Part shown: piece after piece, positions 7,881-17,660 of the stretch
How positions within the stretch are numbered: position 1 is the stretch's first letter
Layout: each line of letters begins with the position of its first letter
Source: Candidatus Gottesmanbacteria bacterium
GTDB lineage: Bacteria; Patescibacteriota; Microgenomatia; UBA10105; UBA927
Direction: 5' to 3'
Assembly (NCBI GenBank): GCA_023245335.1
Contig: JAHFKK010000001.1
Span: 491,282 to 555,281, forward strand
DNA: 64,000 nt
Position numbers and translations under genes: made by a program
The notes under the pieces: generated by a model
Told to the model about the DNA's origin: nothing
The model's database searches: none
What the model saw: the letters and a program-made list of their open reading frames with translations, nothing else

Positions 7881-8941
7881 TGCGTGGCGTCCACATACGT
7901 AGGATCGACGGCAGGTACATAAGCCGCAAATCCGTCATCTCCCTCGAAGACAAAGACCGGTTGTAAATACGTTTGTGGGTCTAGTGAATCGTAATACGCG
8001 AGGTAAACGTTTCGGACCGTGATGACGTTTCCGGTTGGATATTTCAGTACATAGCCACTGCCGCTTTCGAGTTCCTGCCATGCCTGGTTGCTGGTTTTTA
8101 ACGCGTATGTTGCGCTCGTCTGATAGTCAATCGGCCAGTAGGTATAGCTAAATTGCAGGATGCGTCTTTGCGTGTTTTTGGAGCCTGAAAATATGATGGA
8201 AATCGGTCCGCCGGAAGCCCCTGTGACGATAGGAGTATTGGCAACGAGCGGCCGATAGAAGTCGACTCGTACCGCATCGGCCTGCGACTGACTGGGGACC
8301 GTCACGAGAGTACTTTGACTTACTTTATAAAACGTCACCGTCACGTCTCCGCCGGTATAGTCCTGCGGATACAATCCGTACGTTTGGAGTAAATTACGTG
8401 CTTCGGATTGTGCTTCTTCGGATGTCGGGACGTTGCTATTCAGAAATATGCCCGCATCCTGCTGGAAGTCATACCGGATAATGAAGTTCGTCGATACCAC
8501 GTCATACCATAAATGCCGCAAAGGAGCCGTAGGATCGTCGAACCGGTAGATGTTGTTATTGGTAGGATCGCTTATGGGATTGGTCCCGAACCCTAAGCGT
8601 TTGGCAAAGGTCTGTGCTGTGGAAAGGGCAAGGAGATTTGAGCCGGTTTTTGGCATGAAATAGACATTTGCGGAAACGGATGCATCCGGCACAGATCCCT
8701 GGATGGTTTGGAGCTGAAAAATAAGCTGCCCCGATGGCGACGCTGCATTTATCGGAAACTTGAGTGACGGCAGGGAACCGAATGCGTGATTGGGCGGCGG
8801 TGCTTTCGGCGGAAAAATCATGATGTAGACCGCGATCAAAATACCCCACAAAATTTTAAGTAGTATGTATCCGATGAGGCCGATGATGCTCCAGTTGATC
8901 GCGCGGCGCGTGTAATATGCAGTTTCCGTTAATGAAGCCAT
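7877..8941 (-). CDS. Membrane-anchored hypothetical exported protein
   Basis: N-terminal TM helix 'INWSIIGLIGYILLKILWGILIAVYIMIF' then a ~300-aa beta-rich extracytoplasmic domain; no catalytic motif recognised. Start at the internal Met 'MASLTETAYY' to avoid overlap with gltX. Confidence 0.5.
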   Translation of the reverse strand: MASLTETAYYTRRAINWSIIGLIGYILLKILWGILIAVYIMIFPPKAPPPNHAFGSLPSLKFPINAASPSGQLIFQLQTIQGSVPDASVSANVYFMPKTGSNLLALSTAQTFAKRLGFGTNPISDPTNNNIYRFDDPTAPLRHLWYDVVSTNFIIRYDFQQDAGIFLNSNVPTSEEAQSEARNLLQTYGLYPQDYTGGDVTVTFYKVSQSTLVTVPSQSQADAVRVDFYRPLVANTPIVTGASGGPISIIFSGSKNTQRRILQFSYTYWPIDYQTSATYALKTSNQAWQELESGSGYVLKYPTGNVITVRNVYLAYYDSLDPQTYLQPVFVFEGDDGFAAYVPAVDPTYVDATH

Positions 8942-9007
8942 AGGCAGTACGCACAAGTAATGTGCGCTACTTTGAGTATACGTTGAGCTCATGCTAGAAT
9001 CAATCGT

Positions 9008-10453
9008 ATGACAGTTCGTACGCGCATCGCGCCGTCCCCGACCGGATTTCCTCACATAGGGACGATTTATCAGGTTTTGATCGATTTTGCTTTCGCGCGC
9101 AAAGCAGGAGGGAAGTTTATATTACGCCTGGAGGATACGGACAGGGCGAGGTTTGTCGAAGGCGCGGAGGACGTGATATATAGTTCCCTTGCCTGGTTTA
9201 GTCTCAACCCGGACGAATCCCCGAAGATAGGGGGCCCGTTTGCGCCGTACCGTCAATCAGAACGCCTTCCTATCTACAAGAAATATTCGGACGAACTGAT
9301 CGCGAAAGGACATGCATATTACTGTTTCTGTACCCGTGAACGTCTGGAAGAGATGAGGAAAAATCAGGAGGCTCATCACCTGCCCCCTATGTATGATAAA
9401 ACGTGCCTCAAACTCACGCCCACGGACGTGAAGGCGAAACTAGATGCCGGCGTACCTCATGTGGTGCGTATGAACGTTCCCGTTCACGAGAAAATAGCAT
9501 TCGACGACCTCGTATCAGGACACATTGAATTTGACAGCGACGTCATCGATCATCAGGTGATCATGAAATCCGACGGGTTCCCTACATATCACTTCGGCGT
9601 TGTCGTCGATGATCATCTCATGGAGATCACCCATGTGTTTCGGGGAAAAGAATGGATTTCATCGACCCCGAAACATGTGCTGCTCTATCAATATTTCGGC
9701 TGGAAGATGCCGGTGCACGGACATCTCCCGCTTATCCTCAACGAAGACGGAAAAGGGAAGCTTTCGAAGCGCCACGGTCATGCATCCGTTGACTACTACC
9801 GGAAGTTGGGATACCTCCCGGAAGCGGTGTTGAATTATTTATCCAATATCGTCTGGAATCATCCGGAAGGAAAGGAAATTTATGACCTCGATGAATTCAT
9901 CAAGCGATTTGATGTGGAGAAGATTACCTCCCAGGGACCCAGATTCGATCTCAAAAAATTGGATTGGGTGAACGGTCAGTATATCCGCGCATTGACTGAT
10001 GACGCGCTGCAGACACGAGTCAGCGAATTTGACGAGCGGGTGAGTAGAGCCGATGCTAAGCTTGTCGCAAAGACGATGCCGCTTGTGAAAGAACGGATGC
10101 ACGTATTGAGTGACTATTGGTCGCTTGCATCATTTTTCTTTACCAAACCGGATTCGTTTGAGACGCCATTACGTAAAGACATGCTCTCCGGATTATACGA
10201 GACGCTGACGCCAGTTGACTGGAAGCATGAACCTATGGAGCAGTCGATACGGCAGCTTGCAGAAAAGAACAGTTGGAAACCCAAGGATGTCTTTATGCAG
10301 CTGCGACTCGCCGTCACGGGGAAGACTGTAGGGCCGCCGCTTCTGGAATCACTGGAGATATTGGGGAAAGAAGAAACACTGATCAGATTAAGCGTGGAGT
10401 TAGATAGTCATTATCCTTCCTTTGAAGAGAAAATCGTTGGGAAAAAACCGTAG
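9008..10453 (+). CDS. gltX: Glutamyl-tRNA synthetase
   Basis: HIGH motif 'PSPTGFPHIGT', KMSKS 'KLSKRHG'; 481 aa. Confidence 0.9.
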   Translation: MTVRTRIAPSPTGFPHIGTIYQVLIDFAFARKAGGKFILRLEDTDRARFVEGAEDVIYSSLAWFSLNPDESPKIGGPFAPYRQSERLPIYKKYSDELIAKGHAYYCFCTRERLEEMRKNQEAHHLPPMYDKTCLKLTPTDVKAKLDAGVPHVVRMNVPVHEKIAFDDLVSGHIEFDSDVIDHQVIMKSDGFPTYHFGVVVDDHLMEITHVFRGKEWISSTPKHVLLYQYFGWKMPVHGHLPLILNEDGKGKLSKRHGHASVDYYRKLGYLPEAVLNYLSNIVWNHPEGKEIYDLDEFIKRFDVEKITSQGPRFDLKKLDWVNGQYIRALTDDALQTRVSEFDERVSRADAKLVAKTMPLVKERMHVLSDYWSLASFFFTKPDSFETPLRKDMLSGLYETLTPVDWKHEPMEQSIRQLAEKNSWKPKDVFMQLRLAVTGKTVGPPLLESLEILGKEETLIRLSVELDSHYPSFEEKIVGKKP

Positions 10454-10487
10454 GTTTTGTCCCAAAGAGGGGGTGGTCCGAATATCG

Positions 10488-11348
10488 TCAGATATAATCC
10501 GCCCAGTGCGCATCAACCTCGACGGTGAGCTCAAGATATACCTTTTTACTGGAGGCGACCTCAAGTTCCTTACGTGCAGTCGCGCCGATTTCTTTGATGG
10601 TTGATGCGTTTTTGCCGATGATCATACCTTTGTACCGGTCGGCGGATGTGAGGATCCGGGCTTTTATGTACATGACGCCGTTTTCGCGTTCCGCGACATC
10701 GTCAACGACGGTCGTAAGCGTATAGGGCACTTCTTTCCGCAGTGTCAGGAATGCTTTTTCCCGGATGATTTCGGCGATAAACATTTTGCTGTCCAGGTTT
10801 ATGCCCGGTTGGGTCATGTTGGCGGTATCCACGATTGCAGGGCCTTCCGGTAAACGCTCAAAGATGGCATTGAGGAGTAACGGCAGATGTTTGCCGGTGA
10901 AGGCGGAAAGCTCGATGACTTCGTCAAATTCTTCTTCCATAAACCGGTATTGGACGATGTGCGTGGGAGCTTTTACATCTACTTTATTGATGACGAGAAT
11001 CTTGGGGATATTCACTTTCCGCACGATGCCCAGCACTTTGTTTTCTTCCTCGGCGCGCTGCCGTGTGTGGTCTACGATGTAGGCGATGAGATCAACTCCC
11101 TGTTCAATCGCTTCTTCGGTCCGCAGGTTGATGCGGGAGGAAACCTGATCTTTGACTTTGGCAAATATTCCGGGTGTATCGACAAAGACGATCTGTCCGC
11201 GCTCATCTTCATAGACCGCCTGGATCGGGAAGCGCGTTGTCTGAGGTTTGGGCGAGGTGATGGATACCTTTTGTCGAAGGATATTATTGAGAAGTGTTGA
11301 TTTGCCCGCGTTGGGACGGCCCACAAGCGCGACTATGCCTGATTTCAT
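10488..11348 (-). CDS. era: GTPase Era
   Basis: G1 'GRPNAGKST', G3 'DTPG', G4 'NKVD', C-terminal KH domain; 286 aa. Confidence 0.9.
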   Translation of the reverse strand: MKSGIVALVGRPNAGKSTLLNNILRQKVSITSPKPQTTRFPIQAVYEDERGQIVFVDTPGIFAKVKDQVSSRINLRTEEAIEQGVDLIAYIVDHTRQRAEEENKVLGIVRKVNIPKILVINKVDVKAPTHIVQYRFMEEEFDEVIELSAFTGKHLPLLLNAIFERLPEGPAIVDTANMTQPGINLDSKMFIAEIIREKAFLTLRKEVPYTLTTVVDDVAERENGVMYIKARILTSADRYKGMIIGKNASTIKEIGATARKELEVASSKKVYLELTVEVDAHWADYI

Positions 11349-11431
11349 TGTCCTATTGTACTATATTTACCTCTCATCAGCTTGCTTTCAGTTTAAGTTC
11401 GTACTATACCTTACATATGGAGGTGTATTCT

Positions 11432-11797
11432 ATGCAAGGAATCAAACATCAGCAGGGGTTTGGAGCACTTGTAGTCGTCATAGTAGTTGCGGTACTTGCT
11501 CTGGCAGGCGCCGGAGTATGGTTCAGTATGAGGAAGGCTCCGGAGGCGGCAATAACGCCGACGGATACTTCTATGTCCGCTTCAGGATCAATAGGAGTAA
11601 GTAATACACCGGCTATGTCCGGTTCGTCCGGTACTGCGGGAGCTTCGGGCACGATGAAGGTATCCGCAGATACGTCAGACACCTCTCTGGATCAGAATTC
11701 ACAGGATGTCAGTACAAAGCTCAACGTCCTAAACAGCGATTCGGTGAGCGTGGATCAAGCACTTAATGATAAACAGGGAAACCTGTCTGAACAATAA
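11432..11797 (+). CDS. Small membrane-anchored Ser/Thr-rich hypothetical protein
   Basis: RBS GGAGGTG 8 nt upstream of ATG 11432; TM helix 'GALVVVIVVAVLALAGAGVWF' followed by low-complexity S/T/G/A sequence. Confidence 0.5.
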   Translation: MQGIKHQQGFGALVVVIVVAVLALAGAGVWFSMRKAPEAAITPTDTSMSASGSIGVSNTPAMSGSSGTAGASGTMKVSADTSDTSLDQNSQDVSTKLNVLNSDSVSVDQALNDKQGNLSEQ

Positions 11798-11812
11798 AAG
11801 GAGGAAATATCT

Positions 11813-12610
11813 ATGACAGAACAAAAACGTATTATTACATCAATTAAATCCGGTATAGTCGCGGGGACGCTTATGATTGCGCTCTCCTTTGGCATGACGC
11901 CCGTCTACGCCCAGACGCCTACCACGGGTACGGTATCGACGACCCCGGGTGCCCGGGCAGCCGCACGGCTGTCAGCAAATGAGACTAGGCTGAAAACCAG
12001 GGGAGACGCCGAAATTACCCGGCGTATCACTGCCCTTAATACTCTTCTCACCAAGCTTGGTGCCATGAAGCGGTTGACGGACAGTCAAAAGGCAACGTTC
12101 ACAAGCGGCGTCCAAGGGGAGATTACGACGCTCACGAATCTTAAGGCAAAAATAGACGCTGACACCGATATCGCGACGCTTCGGACTGACGTACAGTCCA
12201 TCGTGCAGTCGTACCGGGTATTCGCGTTGTATTTGCCGCAAATAAATATCATGGCCAATGCGGATAAGGCACTCGCGATTGTCGATGAAATGAACCAGAT
12301 CTCGACAAAGTTGCAAACGAGGATCGATGCGGCGAAGGGAGCCGGTCATGATACGACGGCGCTCGTCACCCTCATGACGGATCGTGCCGCCAAGTTGACC
12401 GATGCGTCGACACAGGCAAACAATGCGATAAATACGGTGGTACCGCTCACCCCCGCCGGGTATCCGGGAAACCGGCCGACGCTCCTTAGCGCACGGACCA
12501 TGCTGCAGACAGTCCATACGGATTTAACCACAGCGGAGAAAGATGCGACCCAAATAAGGCAAACCCTGAAGGGATGGGGGACGACGGTGAAACCGACGCC
12601 TACGCCATAA
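11813..12610 (+). CDS. Secreted alpha-helical hypothetical protein (signal peptide)
   Basis: RBS AGGAGG upstream; signal 'GTLMIALSFGMTPVYAQT'; no enzymatic motif. Confidence 0.55.
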   Translation: MTEQKRIITSIKSGIVAGTLMIALSFGMTPVYAQTPTTGTVSTTPGARAAARLSANETRLKTRGDAEITRRITALNTLLTKLGAMKRLTDSQKATFTSGVQGEITTLTNLKAKIDADTDIATLRTDVQSIVQSYRVFALYLPQINIMANADKALAIVDEMNQISTKLQTRIDAAKGAGHDTTALVTLMTDRAAKLTDASTQANNAINTVVPLTPAGYPGNRPTLLSARTMLQTVHTDLTTAEKDATQIRQTLKGWGTTVKPTPTP

Positions 12611-12639
12611 GTTTGTACGTATATAAATGTATAAGTATT

Positions 12640-12663
12640 CCAGCCCCTCCGGGGGCTGGGTTG
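12640..12663 (+). terminator. Intrinsic terminator-like hairpin (weak U-tract)
   Basis: CCAGCCCC-TCCG-GGGGCTGG followed by GTTGGTAT. Confidence 0.45.
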
Positions 12664-12670
12664 GTATAAT
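12662..12670 (+). promoter_or_regulatory. Extended -10 promoter (TGGTATAAT) for a probably leaderless mutY-like mRNA
   Basis: TGnTATAAT ends 9 nt before ATG 12680, with no SD. Confidence 0.4.
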
Positions 12671-12679
12671 ACGGCAGAG

Positions 12680-13501
12680 ATGCAACTTACCAAACGAAGG
12701 ATCACATCATTTCAGAACAAATTATTTGTATGGTGGGAGTCTCATAAGCGTGATCTCCCGTGGCGTAGAACGAGGGATCCCTACCGTATTTTAGTTTCGG
12801 AAGTCATGCTCCAGCAAACTCAAGTCTCCCGGGTGCTCCCGAAGTATGAGGAATTTCTCTACTATTTCCCGGATGTGTACGCTTTAGCGCGGGCTTCCTC
12901 TGCCAAAGTGCTTCGGGTATGGAAGGGCATGGGGTATAACCGTCGCGCCCTATACCTCAAGCGGACCGCGGAAGCGGTCGTCAGGGATTTCCACGGTGAC
13001 TTTCCACAAGACGAGACGGAGCTTACTCAATTACCCGGTTTGGGTATATACACTGCTCGAGCACTTTTGGTGTTCGCATATGAGCATGATGTCGCCATGA
13101 TCGACACAAACATCCGCCAGATCATCACGCACTTCTTCTTTCAGGATAAGCCGCAAAAAGAAAAGGTTATTCAGGAACTTGCCGACCAACTGCTTCCGAA
13201 AGGAAAATCCTGGGAATGGCATCAGACCCTCATGGATTTCGGCGCGCTTGAACTCAAGCGGCGGAAGAAAATGAAACGTGATGTCAGGATATATGCACAT
13301 CCGTTTCGTGAATCAAACCGGTTTTATCGGGGTAGGATCGTTGACCATTTACGGGAAAGAAGCAGTGCCGAGACGGTCCTGATGAAAATACTTGAGAAGA
13401 AATACGGAAAGCAGGCGTCGTTTTTCCCGCCGATCATTCGTGGACTCATCAAGGACGGACTGATTGTTCGTTCAGGGGCAAGACTTCATTTACCGGAATG
13501 A
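12680..13501 (+). CDS. HhH-GPD DNA glycosylase of the MutY/Nth family, lacking the [4Fe-4S] Cys cluster and NUDIX domain
   Basis: 'LPWRRTRDPYRILVSEVMLQQTQVSRV' MutY-type N-terminus, HhH 'LPGLGIYTARALLVF', catalytic 'LMDFGA'. There are no cysteines after the HhH-GPD core; a basic C-terminal tail is present. Confidence 0.7.
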   Translation: MQLTKRRITSFQNKLFVWWESHKRDLPWRRTRDPYRILVSEVMLQQTQVSRVLPKYEEFLYYFPDVYALARASSAKVLRVWKGMGYNRRALYLKRTAEAVVRDFHGDFPQDETELTQLPGLGIYTARALLVFAYEHDVAMIDTNIRQIITHFFFQDKPQKEKVIQELADQLLPKGKSWEWHQTLMDFGALELKRRKKMKRDVRIYAHPFRESNRFYRGRIVDHLRERSSAETVLMKILEKKYGKQASFFPPIIRGLIKDGLIVRSGARLHLPE

Positions 13502-14517
13502 CGGCCGGTGAACCACTTTTTCTGCCCTTCCTCATACAATCGTATGAGCGCGATACTGCCAAACAAAGACAAAATAAGCTGCCACCAAACAGGAAATGTA
13601 TTCGCGTGTACACGCTCGTATGTTTGGATGATGTCGATGACGATATAGTGGACAAAAAATAATCCGTATGACCGTGAACTTATCCATCGGATGACGGCAC
13701 GTACCGGTTCGGCATGAAATATGCCAAATCGCTCTCTGAGGATAAGGAGGCTCCCCATGCCGATGCCGTAGGAAAGGTAGAATATATCCGGCGGATATTT
13801 ATGAAGCGTGAGTGTCAGGGGAAAATGAAGCGAGCTCAGGAACCAATATCCATAAGCGAAAACTGCAAATGCAGTTCCTGCTATGGCAAGGTACAGTATC
13901 GGCTTCGTTTCACGCTGCGCGTCTACGCGCGCTGCGGCAAATGATACGAGAAGTATCGCACTCCATGGCAGCCACATAGTAAGCCGAAAGTCGACATCCG
14001 GACGGACAAATACGAAAAAGACGGTAGATGCAGCTGCGGCAATCATTACTGCGATCGACAACCCGCGCGATTTCCGGATAGACAGGATAAACGGCGTGAT
14101 GAACATAAGTTCCAGAAATAAAATCGGCAGCCACCCGTAATCAACACCGACAAGAAATATGGAGGAAAGCATGAACTGGGGCGATCTGGATAATCCGAGC
14201 CCTGATACGATCCCGGGTAAAAGGAACCAGAGGAAGTAATGGAGCGTGGTGAATGCGTAGTAAGGCAGGATTAACCGTACGGCTCTCCGTTTATACCAGT
14301 TAGTGAGTGTCGCAGGATTCCAGGTGATTGTTTCATATTGACGGTACATGACGTAGCCGGAGCAAAAGACAAAGAGCGGGACGACAAAGTGAAGATAGTT
14401 CCAGATGATATTTATGACATTGGTCCCGAGATTATACGACAGGACGTGTGTCGCGATCATGCCGACGATCGCAACAGCCCGGAGGAAATCTATGTGCGTA
14501 AAGCGTTTATCGGCCAT
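13486..14517 (-). CDS. Acyltransferase family 3 (OatA-like) integral membrane protein
   Basis: 'HIDFLRAVAIVGMIATH' and about 10 predicted TM segments. Confidence 0.7.
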   Translation of the reverse strand: MADKRFTHIDFLRAVAIVGMIATHVLSYNLGTNVINIIWNYLHFVVPLFVFCSGYVMYRQYETITWNPATLTNWYKRRAVRLILPYYAFTTLHYFLWFLLPGIVSGLGLSRSPQFMLSSIFLVGVDYGWLPILFLELMFITPFILSIRKSRGLSIAVMIAAAASTVFFVFVRPDVDFRLTMWLPWSAILLVSFAAARVDAQRETKPILYLAIAGTAFAVFAYGYWFLSSLHFPLTLTLHKYPPDIFYLSYGIGMGSLLILRERFGIFHAEPVRAVIRWISSRSYGLFFVHYIVIDIIQTYERVHANTFPVWWQLILSLFGSIALIRLYEEGQKKWFTGRHSGK

Positions 14518-14526
14518 AAGTTCTTT

Positions 14527-15006
14527 TTAGCGTATGGTCCGTATCGTGTACTTTCTCGAGCCCGATGGTGCGTATACAGTAATTTCTTCTCCTACCCGTT
14601 TATTGAGGAGTGCTTTCCCTATAGGCGATATATGCGAGACTGTTTTATTTGTGGGATCCGATTCGTATCCTCCGACCACCTTGTATTCGTATTCGCGTGT
14701 ACCGTCTGCTATAACGACCGTGTTGCCGAACCCCACCTGATCTGTCGCGGCGGATTCCACAACTCTCCCCAGCCGGACCAGGCGCTCGATCCGGCGAAGA
14801 TTTGCGTCTATTCCGCTTAGCCTCGCGCGTGCCGCTTTGTAATATCCGTTTTCGGAAAGGTCGCCCATCTCCCGTGCCTTATGCAGATGTTCTACGGCGT
14901 CCGGACGCTCTGCCAGAAGTTTGGCTTTTTCGTCCAGTACGTTCTGATACCCATCTTTGGTAAACGGAATGCGTTTCGGCGAGGGAGGGGTAAGTTTGAT
15001 AACCAT
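14527..15006 (-). CDS. greA: Transcription elongation factor GreA
   Basis: 'GDLSENGYYKAAR' coiled-coil tip with acidic residues and a C-terminal FKBP-like domain 'GFGNTVVIADG'; 159 aa. Confidence 0.9.
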   Translation of the reverse strand: MVIKLTPPSPKRIPFTKDGYQNVLDEKAKLLAERPDAVEHLHKAREMGDLSENGYYKAARARLSGIDANLRRIERLVRLGRVVESAATDQVGFGNTVVIADGTREYEYKVVGGYESDPTNKTVSHISPIGKALLNKRVGEEITVYAPSGSRKYTIRTIR

Positions 15007-15008
15007 AT

Positions 15009-15839
15009 TTACAGGACAAACTGTTTGCGATTTCTGATCTCATCGATTATACGACGAATCATGTTCGTGTAGGTATAGGTCGGTAATCCCAAAGCAGTAA
15101 GTTCGGAGAATGTTTGAGTTATAACGACAGTCGCGTCCTTCTTGTCGACGGGACTCACAGTTATCCCGAATGGAGAGAGTATATCCGAGGCGACATCAAA
15201 ACGCGTTTTCATTTCCGGGACGGCAATCGGGATAACCTGGTTACGGATATTTTTTTCCAGACACGCAATAATGACTTCAGAAATGTGACCCACGTAGGTC
15301 GGATGAAATTTCCAAGACGTATCGTATATTGCCGGCGTCCCCTCATCCAGATTTTTGAGCAGCCGGTTAAACGGCCGGTCATTCGTCGTATTCGGGCTGA
15401 AGCCGAGGATAAATGACGGGCGGAGGATAAGATACCTGTTTTGTACCTTTTTGACGATCTTCTCGGATTCATATTTTGTAAAGCCGTACACATTCGTCGG
15501 TTTGATGGCGGCAAAAGAAGATATGTAGATGACCGAGGCGTTATGCGCGTCAGCCGCTTGGGCTATGTATCGCGTCCCGTGTTCGTTAATTGCTTTGGCC
15601 TCTGTGGGATGCGCCTCACACCACCTTGCATTGGCATTGGATGCCACGTGGACGATCACATTTGGTCTCGTATCATGAATGACTGTATGCACCGCTTCCG
15701 AATCGGTGATATCGAGCGAAACGAATTGTTTGGAAAGCGGAGTGTGCGCGTATGTGCCCGTGACGTCATATAGCTTTTTGATATCGAAGTAGAGTCGGGC
15801 TCCGACGTAACTGTTTGCGCCGATTATGAGGACTTTCAT
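15009..15839 (-). CDS. NAD(P)-dependent epimerase/reductase (SDR, RmlD-like)
   Basis: N-terminal 'MKVLIIGANSYVG' Rossmann motif and a YxxxK-like 'YGFTKYESEK'. Confidence 0.6.
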   Translation of the reverse strand: MKVLIIGANSYVGARLYFDIKKLYDVTGTYAHTPLSKQFVSLDITDSEAVHTVIHDTRPNVIVHVASNANARWCEAHPTEAKAINEHGTRYIAQAADAHNASVIYISSFAAIKPTNVYGFTKYESEKIVKKVQNRYLILRPSFILGFSPNTTNDRPFNRLLKNLDEGTPAIYDTSWKFHPTYVGHISEVIIACLEKNIRNQVIPIAVPEMKTRFDVASDILSPFGITVSPVDKKDATVVITQTFSELTALGLPTYTYTNMIRRIIDEIRNRKQFVL

Positions 15840-15858
15840 GATTGTTTCTGTGACCTCA

Positions 15859-16689
15859 TTAATTGTTATTTAATATGTAGAGATCCTGTCCGTAGGTGTT
15901 GAGTCCTACGAGCGTCGCATTACCCGCAAGTACTGCTTCGTACGGCCGGCACGCACGACAGCCGTTCTCGTGGCACTTGAAGTGTCCGAGTTTGCGGGCA
16001 AGCGCGACTTTGCGCGCAAGATCGAGTATCTTTTTTTCCGAGGATCCTGCATCAGGAAGGGTCATGTCGACAGGCGCGTCATCGCGGTCGAGGTACCAGT
16101 AGCTTATGCCCGTTACCGCTTTGGTCTGCGTGTGTGTCGCGAGTAAATAATAGATAGGAAGCTGCAGCGAGTCCGGGTCTTCGTCGAACTTGCCGGTTTT
16201 GAAGTCGATGATCCGGACACTGTCGGAGTCTTCTTTGTATTCCAGCCAGTCCACTTTACCGCAGAGGATGATGTTGTCTTCTTCGGACAGCCAATAATAG
16301 GGAAGTTCCTGGCGTATTTTGATGGCTTTCCCCGCGAGTGGACCGGGATGCTTCATAACCCGTTCGATCATCGACACCGCGCGTTCCTTCGATTTCTTTT
16401 CCTGCTCCGGGTCGGTGAATCCTCCCCGCTTGCCGGAAATGTTCGCCCAGGCTTTTTTAAACCTATCCATAAGCGACGTCGCGAAGCGCTCTTCGGCAGG
16501 GAGTGAAGACAGGGATTCTATGGTTTCGTGTACTGCCTGGCCGAGCGCAAGGGGCGGCTCCATGACGGAGATTTTTCTGTTTGTTTTGGGATCTCGGTAG
16601 ACGTTTCGCAGGTAATAAGCTCTCGGACACTTGAGGTAGTCAGAGAGTGATGAGTGGGAAACCCATACTGCTGAGTATTTATCCTTCAT
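15859..16689 (-). CDS. PD-(D/E)XK nuclease superfamily protein, Cas4/RecB-nuclease-like with Cys cluster
   Basis: N-terminal 'DYLKCPRAYYL', core 'VDWLEYK...RIIDFKTGK', 'QLPIYY' (QhxxY) and C-terminal 'CHENGCRACRP'. Confidence 0.6.
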   Translation of the reverse strand: MKDKYSAVWVSHSSLSDYLKCPRAYYLRNVYRDPKTNRKISVMEPPLALGQAVHETIESLSSLPAEERFATSLMDRFKKAWANISGKRGGFTDPEQEKKSKERAVSMIERVMKHPGPLAGKAIKIRQELPYYWLSEEDNIILCGKVDWLEYKEDSDSVRIIDFKTGKFDEDPDSLQLPIYYLLATHTQTKAVTGISYWYLDRDDAPVDMTLPDAGSSEKKILDLARKVALARKLGHFKCHENGCRACRPYEAVLAGNATLVGLNTYGQDLYILNNN

Positions 16690-16690
16690 A

Positions 16691-17533
16691 TCAGGTAACT
16701 AATAATACACCAATAGTCGTCAGTATTGCTGCGATAATTTTTCTGCCAATATGTTTTTTCTCTTTAAGATAGATAGTAGCAAGAATAACGGTGAGTACAA
16801 TTGACGCGCGGCTAATTGAACTGATTTGCGATACAAGAGCTCCAAGAGAAAGTGATACATAAAATGTAATTGCCTGAATAGAATAAAGAAACGTAAAAAA
16901 AATAAGATTCCTGTCGATATGCCGAATCTCCTGCAATATCACCAGTGTTCGTTTGACGTAAAGAAGATAGATGAGTATTCCCGGTATGAAGCAAATGAGA
17001 GATAAATACGAAACGGCATCATAGTGACGGATGATAAAAGAGTCACTTACTACGGCAAGACCGTATGATCCGGCACCAAGTAATGCAAGTCCGGCTCCGG
17101 TGTTCAATTTAAATTTTTGTCGTGTGATGCTAATGATGACGACAGAAACTAAAATAAGAAAGACGCCGAGAAGCTGTAACAACGTGAGTTTGTCTCTTAA
17201 GAATATAAACGATGCGGCGATAGTGAAAACGACGCCAGCCCCGCCTAATACCGTTGCCTCTGAAGCTTCTATGGATTTATATGCTTTAAAAAAAGAAAGG
17301 GTGCCGGTAGCATAGAGAATTCCGCTTAGCAGAAAAAACGGCAATAGAGAAACAGACGGGGTATGTAATCCATGAATAAACCCGTAAATTAACGTGATAA
17401 ATCCAAGCAAGAACTGGAACACAATCGATGAGGCAACCGGATCGCTTGATTCCTTTTTCATGGAAAGCTTTTGGAAAAGTGACCCCACTGAAATGGAAAC
17501 AACGTTAATAGCGGCCAGTAAATACCACGACAT
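16691..17533 (-). CDS. EamA-family (DMT superfamily) transporter
   Basis: Ten hydrophobic segments with the two-fold EamA repeat. Start set at Met 'MSWYLLAAINV' (17533) rather than the 17761 ORF opening. Confidence 0.65.
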   Translation of the reverse strand: MSWYLLAAINVVSISVGSLFQKLSMKKESSDPVASSIVFQFLLGFITLIYGFIHGLHTPSVSLLPFFLLSGILYATGTLSFFKAYKSIEASEATVLGGAGVVFTIAASFIFLRDKLTLLQLLGVFLILVSVVIISITRQKFKLNTGAGLALLGAGSYGLAVVSDSFIIRHYDAVSYLSLICFIPGILIYLLYVKRTLVILQEIRHIDRNLIFFTFLYSIQAITFYVSLSLGALVSQISSISRASIVLTVILATIYLKEKKHIGRKIIAAILTTIGVLLVT

Positions 17534-17660
17534 ATGTTTGTATGTATTATACCAAGGAGTGAAGTTCGTCGGGTTCGTATCTTTTTTTGGGTCCGCACTT
17601 TGAGATTGAGGATGCTTTGTGATATAGTTTCCAGGTGCCCCTGTCCCACAGAAGTTTTCC

